A stretch of DNA of 64,000 nt from Balanoglossus misakiensis. Taxonomy: Eukaryota > Animalia > Hemichordata. Shown here piece after piece: positions 50,173-61,087 of this stretch. Made by a program: the position numbers and the translations under genes. Under the pieces are notes generated by a model. It made no database searches, had not been told where the DNA came from, and was given only the letters and a program-made list of their open reading frames with translations. Where the stretch lies: contig CM082576.2 of the NCBI GenBank assembly GCA_040954595.2, positions 20,135,028-20,199,027 on the forward strand, given 5' to 3'. The stretch's first letter is position 1. Each line of letters begins with the position of its first letter.

Positions 50173-53100
50173 CTTATTTTTTTTGTAAACCAGACAATTT
50201 TTCGAAAAAAAGTCGAAAATGGTAAATTTGTCTTGGGTGATTCAAATTATACCGCCTTTTCTGGAATTTGCAGCTCTTTTTACAAGAGAACGACACTTCA
50301 TGCTCCATAATATTTACGAAAATGAAGAAAAGAGTTAATTTTTTATGATTTTTTAAACATTTACCATTTTTGTCAAAATATGGCCAAAATGGCTATTTTT
50401 TCTTGAATTCCGTCAATATCTCTGCATTTTTGGAGTGGTCGAAAGTTTTAACATACAATCAACATGTCATATATGATCAGGGCACCAAATTCGAAGAACA
50501 AAGGTTTTTTTATTTTTCTAAAAATGACATTTTCAAGGAAAATTTGGTAAAACGCAATTTTGTCTGCAGTGAGACAAATTAGACGGTCTTTTGTGGAATT
50601 TGTATCGATATATACATACGAAGAGCATTCTATACTCCATCAGATTTCCGAAAATGTAGAAAACAGGTATTTTTTGTAATTTTCAAAAATTTACCATTTT
50701 GACCAAATTGTGGCTAAAATTGTTATTTTCGTGTTGAATGCCGCCAGTGTCCCTGCTTTTAAAAGTCATAAAAACGTTTAACATACAAGCAATTGTTTAT
50801 ATATGATCAGGTCACCGTATTAAAAAAATAAAGAATGTTTTGCCTAAAAATTACCTTTTTTGGTGCAAAAACGAATAAAACGCAATTTTGTATTAAATCA
50901 GCTCACTCAGAGTGCATTTTTTATAATCAGCACCATTTTTACATATAATGGAAATTTCATACATCATCAGATATCCAAATATGAAAAAATGATTTAGATT
51001 TTAGATGATTGTCCAAAATTAGCTGATATCTAATAAATGTAGTATTGAACCGTTCTGTTCCCCCCCCTACATTATATGCGGTCCGCCGATGTCAGCTTAC
51101 CCGGCAGTACTGCAGGCCGTGCCCCCAACTAACGTCGGTGTTAGAAACGCCCTGGTTAAATTCGGGCTTTCTCTATAAATTGACAGGCAATAATGCAGTC
51201 CTACCCGAACAAATGTCGAGTGTTGACCCGCTGTGACTTTCCCTCTTCGGTTTGCCCGACTTAGATAACGTCTTTGTACTAGAGTCTCGGGTCTTTTGCA
51301 GAGTTAGGCCGAAGGAAATCCGACTTGATCACCGTTGCTAACGAACGCTAGTGTCTATCATGGTGTGCCGGGGTTTTAGTCGAGCCAGGCCGTAGGAGAT
51401 CTGACTTGATCATCGTGGTCAATGTACGCGTGTTTCCGCTCTAAAGTGCCGGGGCTTCAGCTAAACCAGGCCGTAGGAAATCCGACGAAATCACCGTTGA
51501 TAACTTACGCCAGTCTGTGTCATATAGAGCCGGTGCACCAGCCGAGTCACGCCGTAGGAAATCTGACTTCATCAACGTGGTCAATGTACGCCTGTTTCTG
51601 CTCTAGAGTGCCGGGGCTTCAGCTGATCCAGGCCGTAGGAAACCCGACGTGATTACCGTTGTTAACTTACGCCAGTCTGTGTCCTATATATAGTGCCGGG
51701 GCATCAGCCGTGCCGGCCTAAGGAAATGTGAGTAGATCAATGTGGTCTCTGTACGCGTGTTTCTGCTCTAGAGTGCCAGGGCTTTAGCCAAGCCATGCCG
51801 TAGGAAATCTGACTTGATCAACGTTGCTAACGAACGCTAGTTTCTGTCATAGTGTGCCGGGGTTTTAGTCGAGCCAAGCCGTAGGAGATCTGACTTGATC
51901 ATCGTGGTCAATGTACGCGTGTTTCCGCTCTAAAGTGCCGGGGCTTCAGCTAAACCAGGCCGTAGGAAATCCGACGTAATCACCGTTGATAACTTACGCC
52001 AGTCTGTGTCATATAGAGCCGGTGCACCAGCGGAGTCATGCCGTAGGAAATCTGACTTGATCAACGTGGTCAATGTACGCCTGTTTCTGCTCTAGAGTGC
52101 CGGGGCTTCAGCTGAGCCAGGCCGTAGGAAACCCGACGTGATTACCGTTGTTAACTTACGCCAGTCCGTGTCCTATGTATAGTGCCGGGGCATCAGCCGT
52201 GCCAGGCCGCAGGAAATGTGAGTAGATCAACGTGGTCTCTGTACGCGTGTTTCTGCTCTAGAGTGCCAGGGCTTTAGCCAAGCCATGCCGTAGGAAAACT
52301 GACTTGATCAACGTTGCTAACGAACGCTAGTGTCTGTCATAGTGTGCCGGGGTTTTAGTCGAACCAAGCTGTAGGAGATCAGACTTGATCAACGTGGTCT
52401 CTGTACGCGTGTTTCTGCTCTAGAGTGCCGGGGCTTTATCCAAGCCATGCCGTAGAAAATCTGACTTGATCACCGTTGCTAACGTACGCTAGTGTCTGTC
52501 ATATTGTGACGGAGATTTAGCCGAGCCAGGCCGTAGAAAAATCGACTTGTTCAACGTTATCAGTGTGCAACTGTTTCTGCTCTAGAGTGTCAGGGTTTTA
52601 GCCGACTTATGCTGTAGGAAATCTGAGTTGATGAACGGGAATTCAATGTTAGAAAACCCGTGTGGAAAGTATCTCTACCCGTTTGAAACTAAGAAAAGAA
52701 TTTTTTTCTTATTTATTTTGTAAAAAAGACAATTTTTCGATAAAAAGTCGAAAATGGTAATTTTGTCTTGGGTGATTCAAATTATACCGCCTTTTCTGGA
52801 ATTTGCAGCACTTTTTACAAGAGAACGACACTTCATGCTCCATAATATTTTCGAAAATGAAGAAAAGAGTTAATTTTTATGATTTTTTAAAAATTTATCA
52901 TTTTTGTCAAAATATGGCCAAAATGGCTTTTTTTCTTGAATTCCGTCAATATCTCTGCATTTTTGGAGTGGTCGAAAGTTTTAACATACAATCAACATGT
53001 CATATATGATCAGGGCACCAAATTCGAAGAAAAAAGGTTTTTTTATTTTTTTTTCTAAAAATGACATTTTCAAGGAAAATTTGGTATAAAGCAATTGTGT

Positions 53101-56100
53101 CTGCAGTGAGCCAAATTAGACGGTCTTTTGTGGAATTTGTATCGATATATACATACGAAGAGCATTCTATACTCCATCAGATTTCCGAAAATGTAGAAAA
53201 CAGGTATTTTTGTAATTTTCAAAAATTTACCATGTTGACCAAATTGTGGCTAAAATTTTTATTTTCGTGTTGAATGCCGCCAGTGTCACTGCTTTTAAAA
53301 GTCATAAAAACTTTTAACATACAAGCAATTGTTTATATATGATCAGGTCACCGAATTAAAAAAAATAAAGAATGTTTTGCCTAAAAATGACCTTTTTGGT
53401 GCAAAAACGAATAAAACGCAATTTTGTATTAAATCAACTCATTCAGAGTGCATTTTTTATAATCAGCACCATTTATACATATAATGGAAATTTCATACAT
53501 CATCAGATATCCAAATATGAAAAAATGATTTAGATTTTAGATGATTGTCCAAAATTAGCTGATATCTAATAAATGTAGTATTGAACCGTTCTGTTCCCCC
53601 CCCCCCCCCCACATTATATGCGGTCCGCCGATGTCAGCTTACCCGGCAGTACTGCAGGCCGTGCCCCCAACTAACGTCGGTGTTTGAAAAACCCTGGTTA
53701 AATTCGGGCTTTCTCTATAAATTTACGGGCAATAATGCAGTCCTACCCGAACAAATGTCGAGTGTTGACCCGCTGTGACTTTCCCTCTACGTTTTGCCCG
53801 ACTTAGCCAACGTCTTTGTACTAGAGTGTCGGGTCTTTTGCAGAGCCAGGCCGAAAGAAATCCGACTTGATCACCGTTGCTAACGAACGCTAGTGTCTGT
53901 CATGGTGTGCCGGGGTTTCAGTCGAGCCAAGCCGTAGGAAATCAGACTTGATCAACGTGGTCTCTGTACGCGTGTTTCCGCTCTAAATTGCCGGGGCTTC
54001 AGCTAAACCAGGCCGTAGGAAATCCGACGGAATAACCGTTGATAACTTACGCCAGTCTGTGTCATATAGAGCCGGTGCAACAGCCGAGTCACGCCATAGG
54101 AAATCTGACTTGATCAACGTGGTCAATGTACGCCTGTTTCTGCTCTAGAGTGCCGGGGCGTCAGCTGAGCCAGGCCGTAGGAAACCCGACGTGATTACCG
54201 TTGTTAACTTACGCCAGTCTGTGTCCTATATATAGTGCCGGGGCATCAGCCGTGCCAGGCCGAAGGAAATGTGAGTAGATCAACGTGGTCTCTGTACGCG
54301 TGTTTCTGCTCTAGAGTGCCAGGGCTTTAGCCAAGCCATGCCGTAGGAAATCTGACTTGATCAACGTTGCTAACGAACGCTAGTGTCTGTCATAGTGTGC
54401 CGGGGTTTTAGTCGAGCCAAGCCGTAGGAGATCAGACTTGATCAACGTGGTCTCTGTACGCGTGTTTCCGCTCTAAATTGCCGGGGCTTCAGCTAAACCA
54501 GGCCGTAGGAAATCTGACTTGATCACCGTTGCTAACGTACGCTAGTGTCTGTCATATTGTGACGGAGATTTAGCCGAGCAAGGCTGCAGAAAAATCGACT
54601 TGTTCAACGTTACCAGTGTGCAACTGTTCCTGCTCTAGAGTGTCATGGTTTTAGCCGACTTATGCTGTAGGAAATCTGAGTTGATGAACGGGAATTCAAT
54701 GTTAGAAAACCCGTGTGGAAAGTGTCTCTACCCGTTTAAAACTAAGAAAAGAATTTATTCTTATTTATTTTGTAAAAAAAAAACAATTTTTCGAAAAAAA
54801 GTCGAAAATGGTAATTTTGTCTTGGGTGATTCACATAATACCGCCTTTTCTGGAATTTGCAGCACTTTTTACAAGAGAACGACACTTCATGCTCCATAAT
54901 ATTTCCGAAAATGAAGAAGAGAATTAATTTTTTAAGATTTTTTTAAAATTTACCATGTTTGTCAAAATATGGCCAAAATGGCTATTTTTTCTTGAATTCC
55001 GTCAATATCTATGCATATTTGGAGTGGTCGAAAGTTTTAACATACAATCAACATGTCATATATGATCAGGGCACCAAATTCGAAGAACAAAGGTTTTTTT
55101 TATTTATTTTTTCTAAAAATGACATTTTCAAGGAAAACTTGGTAAAACGCAATTTTGTCTGCAGTGAGACAAATTAGACGGTCTTTTGTGGAATTTGTAT
55201 CGATATATACATACGAAGAGCATTCTATACTCCATCAGATTTCCGAAAATGTAGAAAACAGGTATTTTTTGTAATTTTCAAAAATTTACCATTTTGACCA
55301 AATTGTGGATAAAATTGTTATTTTCGTATTGAATGCCGCCAGTGTCACTGCTTTTAAAAGTCATAAAAACTTTTAACATACAAGCAATTGTTTATATATG
55401 ATCAGGTCACCGAATTAAAAAAATAAAGAATGTTTTGCCTAAAAATGACCTTTTTGGTGCAAAAACGAATAAAACGCAATTTTGTATTAAATCAGAGTGC
55501 ATTTTTTATAATCAGCACCATTTTTACATATAATGGAAATTTCATACATCATCAGATATCCAAATAATTTAGATTTTAGATGATTGTCCAAAATTAGCTG
55601 ATATCTAATAAATGTAGTATTGAACCGTTCTGTTCCCCCCCCCCCCCCCTACATTATATGCGGTACGCCGATGTCAGCTTACCCGGCAGTACTGCAGGCC
55701 GTGCCCCCAACTAACGTCGTTGTTTGAAACGCCCTGGTCTAATTCGGGCTTTCTCTATAAATTGACAAGCAATAATGCAGTCCTAACCGAACAAATGTCG
55801 AGTGTTGACCCGCTGTGACTTTCCCTCTTCGGTTTGCCCGACTTAGCCAACGTCTTTGCACTAGAGTGTCGGATCTTTTGCAGAGCCAGGCCGAAGGAAA
55901 TCCGACTTGATCACCGTTGCTAACGAACGCTAGTGTCTGTCATGGTGTGTCGGGGTTTTAGTCGAGCCAGGCCGTAGGAGATCTGACTTGATCATCGTGG
56001 TCAATGTACGCGTGTTTCCGATCTAAAGTGCCGGGGCTTCAGCTAAACCAGGCCGTAGGAAATCCGACGTAATCACCGTTGATAACTTACGCCAGTCTGT

Positions 56101-58296
56101 GTCCTATATATAGTGCCGGGGCATCAGCCGTGCCAGGCCGAAGGAAATGTGAGTAGATCAACGTGGTCTTTGTACGCGTGTTTCCGCTCTAGAGTGCAAG
56201 GGCTTTAGCCAAGCCATGCCGTAGGAAATCTGACTTGATCAACGTTGCTAACGAACGCTAGTGTCTGTCATGGTGTGCCGGGGTTTTAGTCGAGCCAGGC
56301 CGTAGGAGATCTGACTTGATCATCGTGGTCAATGTACGCGTGTTTCCGATCTAAAGTGCCGGGGCTTCAGCTAAACCAGACCGTAGGAAATCCGACGTAA
56401 TCACCGTTGATAACTTACGCCAGTCTGTGTCATATAGAGCCGGTGCACCAGCCGAGTCACGCCGTAGGAAATCTGATTTGATCAACGTGATCAATGTACG
56501 CCTGTTTCTGCTCTAGAGTGCCGGGGCTTCAGCTGAGCCAGGCCGTAGGAAACCCGACTTGATCAACGTTGCTAACGAACGCTAGTGTCTGTCATAGTGT
56601 GCCGGGGTTTTAGTCGAGCCAAGCCGTAGGAGATCAGACGTGATCAACGTGGTCTCTGTACGCGTGTTTCTTCTCTAGAGTGCCGGGGCTTTATCCAAGC
56701 CATGCCGTATAAAATCTGACTTGATCACCGCTGCTAACGTACGCTAGTGTCTGTCATATTGTGACGGAGATTTAGCCGAGCCAGGCCGTAGAAAAATCGA
56801 CTTGTTCAACGTTACCAGTGTGCAACTATTTCTGCTCTAGAGTGTCAGGGTTTTAGCCGACTTATGATGTAGGAAATCTGAGTTGATGAACGGGAATTTA
56901 ATGTTAAAAACCTGTGTGGAAAGTGTCTCTACCCTTTTGAAACTAAAAAGAGAATTTATTCTTATTTATTTTGTAAAAAAGACAATTTTTCGAAAAATTG
57001 TCGAAAATGGTAATTTTGTCTTGGGTGATTCAAATTATACCGCCTTTTCTGGAATTTGCAGCACTTTTTACAAGAGAACGACACTTAATGCTCCATAATA
57101 TTTCCGAAAATGAAGAAAAGAGTTTATTTTTTATGATTTTTTAAAAATTTACCATTTTGTCAAAATATGGCCAAAATGGCTATTTTTTCTTGAATTCCGT
57201 CAATATCTCTGCATTTTTGGAGTGGTCGAATGTTTTAACATACAATCAACATGTCATATATAATCAGGGCACCAAATTCGAAGAACAAAGGTTTTTTTAT
57301 TTTTTTTTCTAAAAATGACATTTTCAAGGAAAAGTTGGTAAAACGCAATTTTGTCTACAGTGAGCCAAATTGGCCGTTTTTTGTGGAATTTGTATCGATA
57401 TATATATACGAAGAGCATTGTATACTTTATCAGATTTCCGAAAATGTAGAAAACAAGTATTTTTTGTAATTTTCAAAAATTTACCATTTTGACCAAATTG
57501 TGGCTAAAATTTTTATTTTCGTGTTGAATGCCGCCAGTGTCACTGCTTTTAAAAGTCATAAAAACTTTTAACATACAAGCAATTGTTTATATATGATCAG
57601 GTCACCGAATTAAAAAAACAAAGAATGTTTTCCCTAAAAATGACCTTTTTGGTGCAAAAACGAATAAAACGCAATTTTGTATTAAATCAGCTCATTCAGA
57701 GTGCATTTTTTATAATCAGCACCATTTTTACATATAATGGAAATTTCATACATCATTAGATATCCAAATATGAAAAAAATGATTTAGATTTTAGATGATT
57801 GTCCAAAATTAGCTGATATCTAATAAATGTAGTATTGAACCGTTCTGTTCCCCCCCCCCCTACATTATATGCGGTACGCTGATGTCAGCTTACCCGGCAG
57901 TACTGAAGGCCGTGCCCCCAACTAACGTCGGTGTTTGAAACGCCCTGGTTAAATTCGGGCTTTGTCTATAAATTGACAGGCAATAATACAGTCCTACCCG
58001 AACAAATGTCGAGTGTTGACCCGCTGTGACTTTCCCTCTACGTTTTGCCCGACTTAGCCAACGTCTTTGTACTAGAGTGTCGGGTCTTTTGCAGAGCCAG
58101 GCCGAAGGAAATCCGACTTGATCACCGTTGCTAACGAACGCTAGTGTCTGTCATGGTGTGCCGGGGTTTTAGTCGAGCCAGGCCGTAGGAGATCTGACTT
58201 GATCAACGTGGTCTCTGTACGCGTGTTTCTGCTCTAGAGTGCCGGGGCTTTATCCAAGCCATGCCGTAGAAATTCTGACTTGATCACCGTTGCTAA
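50173..58296. repeat. Composite macrosatellite block 4 (~4 units)
   Basis: Poly-C near 51060, 53596, 55635 and 57850; same unit structure. Confidence 0.96.
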
Positions 58297-59672
58297 TGAT
58301 ACCATTGAATTTGCACCCCTCAGAGCATAGTGGAATGACCCCGCCTATATCGTATATTTGATACATTTTTGATTACTGACTTTACCTGTTTATTGTGATT
58401 ACGCAATTGAAGTAGTCCGCAGGTGTTGACTGTATTTCTTGTGAGGTATTCGATTTCGAGTTATGATGTTTCTGTATGAAAGCTCTTTTATTGTTATTGA
58501 TCGAATATTTGCTACTGGAAAGTTGAATTTGTTCCGTCCAGGCAGTACCGCGTGTATTCAGTCAAAGGTTTGGCGGGTGTAATACGGCGATGAACTAGTG
58601 AGTAAAAAGGGAACTTTTTAATATGGCCGTTGTCCGATTGTATTGACGAGAGTGGAATCTCCACAAAAATCCGAACCATCGGCAGAATCGTACGGCGAAA
58701 TTGCATCTTGAATGGGAATCGAGGAGAGCCGGATGTTAACTAACATTATTTGAGCTAGTCTTCGTGAGATCCCTACGTAAGAAGCATTTCATCGACTATT
58801 TCGAACGACAGGTCTGCTGTACCTGAACGAACCATTGTTATTGTCACGCTGATTACTGAGACACCGATCGCCGAGATCCAACGATTACGGGTACTCGCGC
58901 AGGTTTCTCAACGTCGATGCTTCACGAACTGAAAGCTGATGTAAGTACGATCTCATTAACGTTAATCATGTAAAATCGGACTGGATTTGATAAACTTACG
59001 GCCTTTCTAGGTTCTTCGAACCACGGCGTGTGGGGAATGCAATGAGCCGCATTGTTTGACCCCCAACGTCTACAAACTTTGAACGAATCATATACGAGCA
59101 GGAACACTCGACCCTACGATCGATTTGCCGATCACGGAACTGATCAGCGCTTCGTCATCAAGCTCCGCTTTACGCCTGGATACACTCGGAGCGTTTGCGA
59201 CGAGCGAACTTTGAGATATTTGCATTGATTGTTAGAGGATTCTCTCCGTTGGATTTTGGAAGCGGATCGACGCGACTGTTGAGTGCGGGACAGCGCCCTC
59301 ATCGCCAGAACTCGATTGTGCGTCACGTTCGTTTATAAACTGTTGAACTTTGACCGGACTCGCGGCAGGTTGTGCCACGCCAGTTTTCTTCAGGAAGGTG
59401 TTACTTGTTAATGAAACAGGTTTTGATAGAGCTCTTGTTACATCTCTGATGTTGATAGACTTACTATTAATTATACTTCTTTCATTGGATATAAAGTGTC
59501 TTTGTGTCATTTTGTCCACACCCCCTTCACTCGCCCTGTGTTCCCAAAGCTACCGCAATCACCACGAATCCTACGACCCAACTCACATGAACGAAACTTG
59601 TTGATTACCCTTGTCGAGTTTGCTCACGCCCAGCTAGCCCATCGTTTTTATTGGAATTTTGCAAGGGTAACA
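58297..59672 (+). repeat. Putative Gypsy-2 5' LTR (1376 bp)
   Basis: Termini TGATACC...GGTAACA (6/7 inverted match) directly followed by the PBS. The partner LTR is not in the window. Confidence 0.75.
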
Positions 59673-59674
59673 TC

Positions 59675-59696
59675 TGGCGCCTACCAACGTGGGGCT
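59675..59696 (+). promoter_or_regulatory. Primer binding site, tRNA-Lys(CTT)-like with a 3-nt insertion
   Basis: tggcgcc-tac-caacgtggggct versus canonical TGGCGCCCAACGTGGGGC. Confidence 0.75.
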
Positions 59697-59989
59697 GGAT
59701 TGGAAAGTTTTCCCAGTAGAGTTTTGTCATTTTACTGTTTCTTACAAATTGACAACAGGGAAGGACGACATTTTGATTCAGCCCATTGAGGTTTGGTTTT
59801 GCGGTCGAAAACACAGGACGAGCAGGGTTGGACGAGTGATACACTTATTGATCGAGCAGGAAATTAAGTACATGTGCCATTGCCTTTGATTTATGGAACA
59901 CCGACCATTCATAGTTTCCAAACGCTTTCAATTTTTGTGAGTGTTATTGTAGACTCGAGTTATCGACAGATTGCTCTCGAATTTGAAAC

Positions 59990-61087
59990 ATGGAGGACGC
60001 ACAAGAAACTGTTGTTAGGGTGAAGAAAGAGGAAGATGGCGAGGTGAGTATGGCAGCGAAGGGGGGCCCTGAATCTGACCCAAGGGATAAAGAAAATGAC
60101 ACTACTGATGATATTAAAGGGGATAAGTCTGTTGAACATGGATCAATGACAATGACACCCACTGGGGGAGGCAGCGTTTCTAAATTATCCCAGGGGACAA
60201 TACCTAAACGGGGAGGTGGCCGAGGCGTATATTCTCCACTTAGGGGCCGATTGAGGAAACCGGCAGGTGTGCACCCGCAATCTTTGAAAGATTATAGTTT
60301 GACAGAAAGCGCGGCACAATTTGATGATGAGCGCGAACGGTTAGTCGAATTGGAAAGCGAGCTAAAATCTCTTCTTGAGCGTGAGCACAGACGCAATAGA
60401 GAAATCGAATCCGAGGTTTCGCCACAGCATAGTAGTAACAAAACCGAGGAACGTCATGAGTACGAGCCGACACATCGAACATTTGCCGAAGTGAATTATA
60501 CAGCACCACGGGTACCGAACTTTACCGGCGACCATAAAGGCAAGGATAGTATGTCATATGAGTCCTGGTTGAGGGAGGTACAGAGTATGAGACAGAGTGG
60601 CGTTCATAGCGATCGCGTACTGCGACAGGCCGTTCGGAAATCCATACGTGGTGAAGCGAGTGAGATCATACTAGGTTTGGGAATCGACCCGTCCATTGAA
60701 AAGATGTTGAATAAACTAGAAACTGTGTATGGTGTAGTTGTGTCTACGGCTACATTGAAGCGGCAGTTGTACAATGATTTTCAGAAGGAAGGTGAGTCAG
60801 CAGCGTCATTTGCATGTCGCGTCGAGATAAACCTGAGACGTATATATGATCGCGGAGGTGTCCGCGAGAGCGAAATGGATTTGATTCTGCGTACTAGCCT
60901 GTGGGAAGGACTGACAGACCTGCGAGTGAAGGACATCGCCAGGCATCGGTATGAAAATGCCAAGAATTTTGATGAGTTGCTACGGATCATCCGTGTTGCT
61001 GAACAAGAAGTACAGGGAGCGCATGGACGGAAAACTGGAGAGAAGTTGGAAGATAGGCGAAAAAGACAAGAGGACATAGAGCGGTGA
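59990..61087 (+). CDS. Gypsy-2 Gag (PNMA-like capsid region)
   Basis: PNFTGD......YESWL, RKSIRGEA, KLETVYG and QKEGESAASFACRVE motifs typical of Gypsy/PNMA-type Gag. Confidence 0.85.
   Translation: MEDAQETVVRVKKEEDGEVSMAAKGGPESDPRDKENDTTDDIKGDKSVEHGSMTMTPTGGGSVSKLSQGTIPKRGGGRGVYSPLRGRLRKPAGVHPQSLKDYSLTESAAQFDDERERLVELESELKSLLEREHRRNREIESEVSPQHSSNKTEERHEYEPTHRTFAEVNYTAPRVPNFTGDHKGKDSMSYESWLREVQSMRQSGVHSDRVLRQAVRKSIRGEASEIILGLGIDPSIEKMLNKLETVYGVVVSTATLKRQLYNDFQKEGESAASFACRVEINLRRIYDRGGVRESEMDLILRTSLWEGLTDLRVKDIARHRYENAKNFDELLRIIRVAEQEVQGAHGRKTGEKLEDRRKRQEDIER

Noticed and set aside
5999-57469. Many 60-90 aa ORFs repeated in satellite units (MESISTRLK..., MNRSVPPP..., MMNGNSML...)
   Set aside because: Non-ATG starts, frames broken by homopolymer length variation between units, and no domain similarity; these are repeat artefacts.
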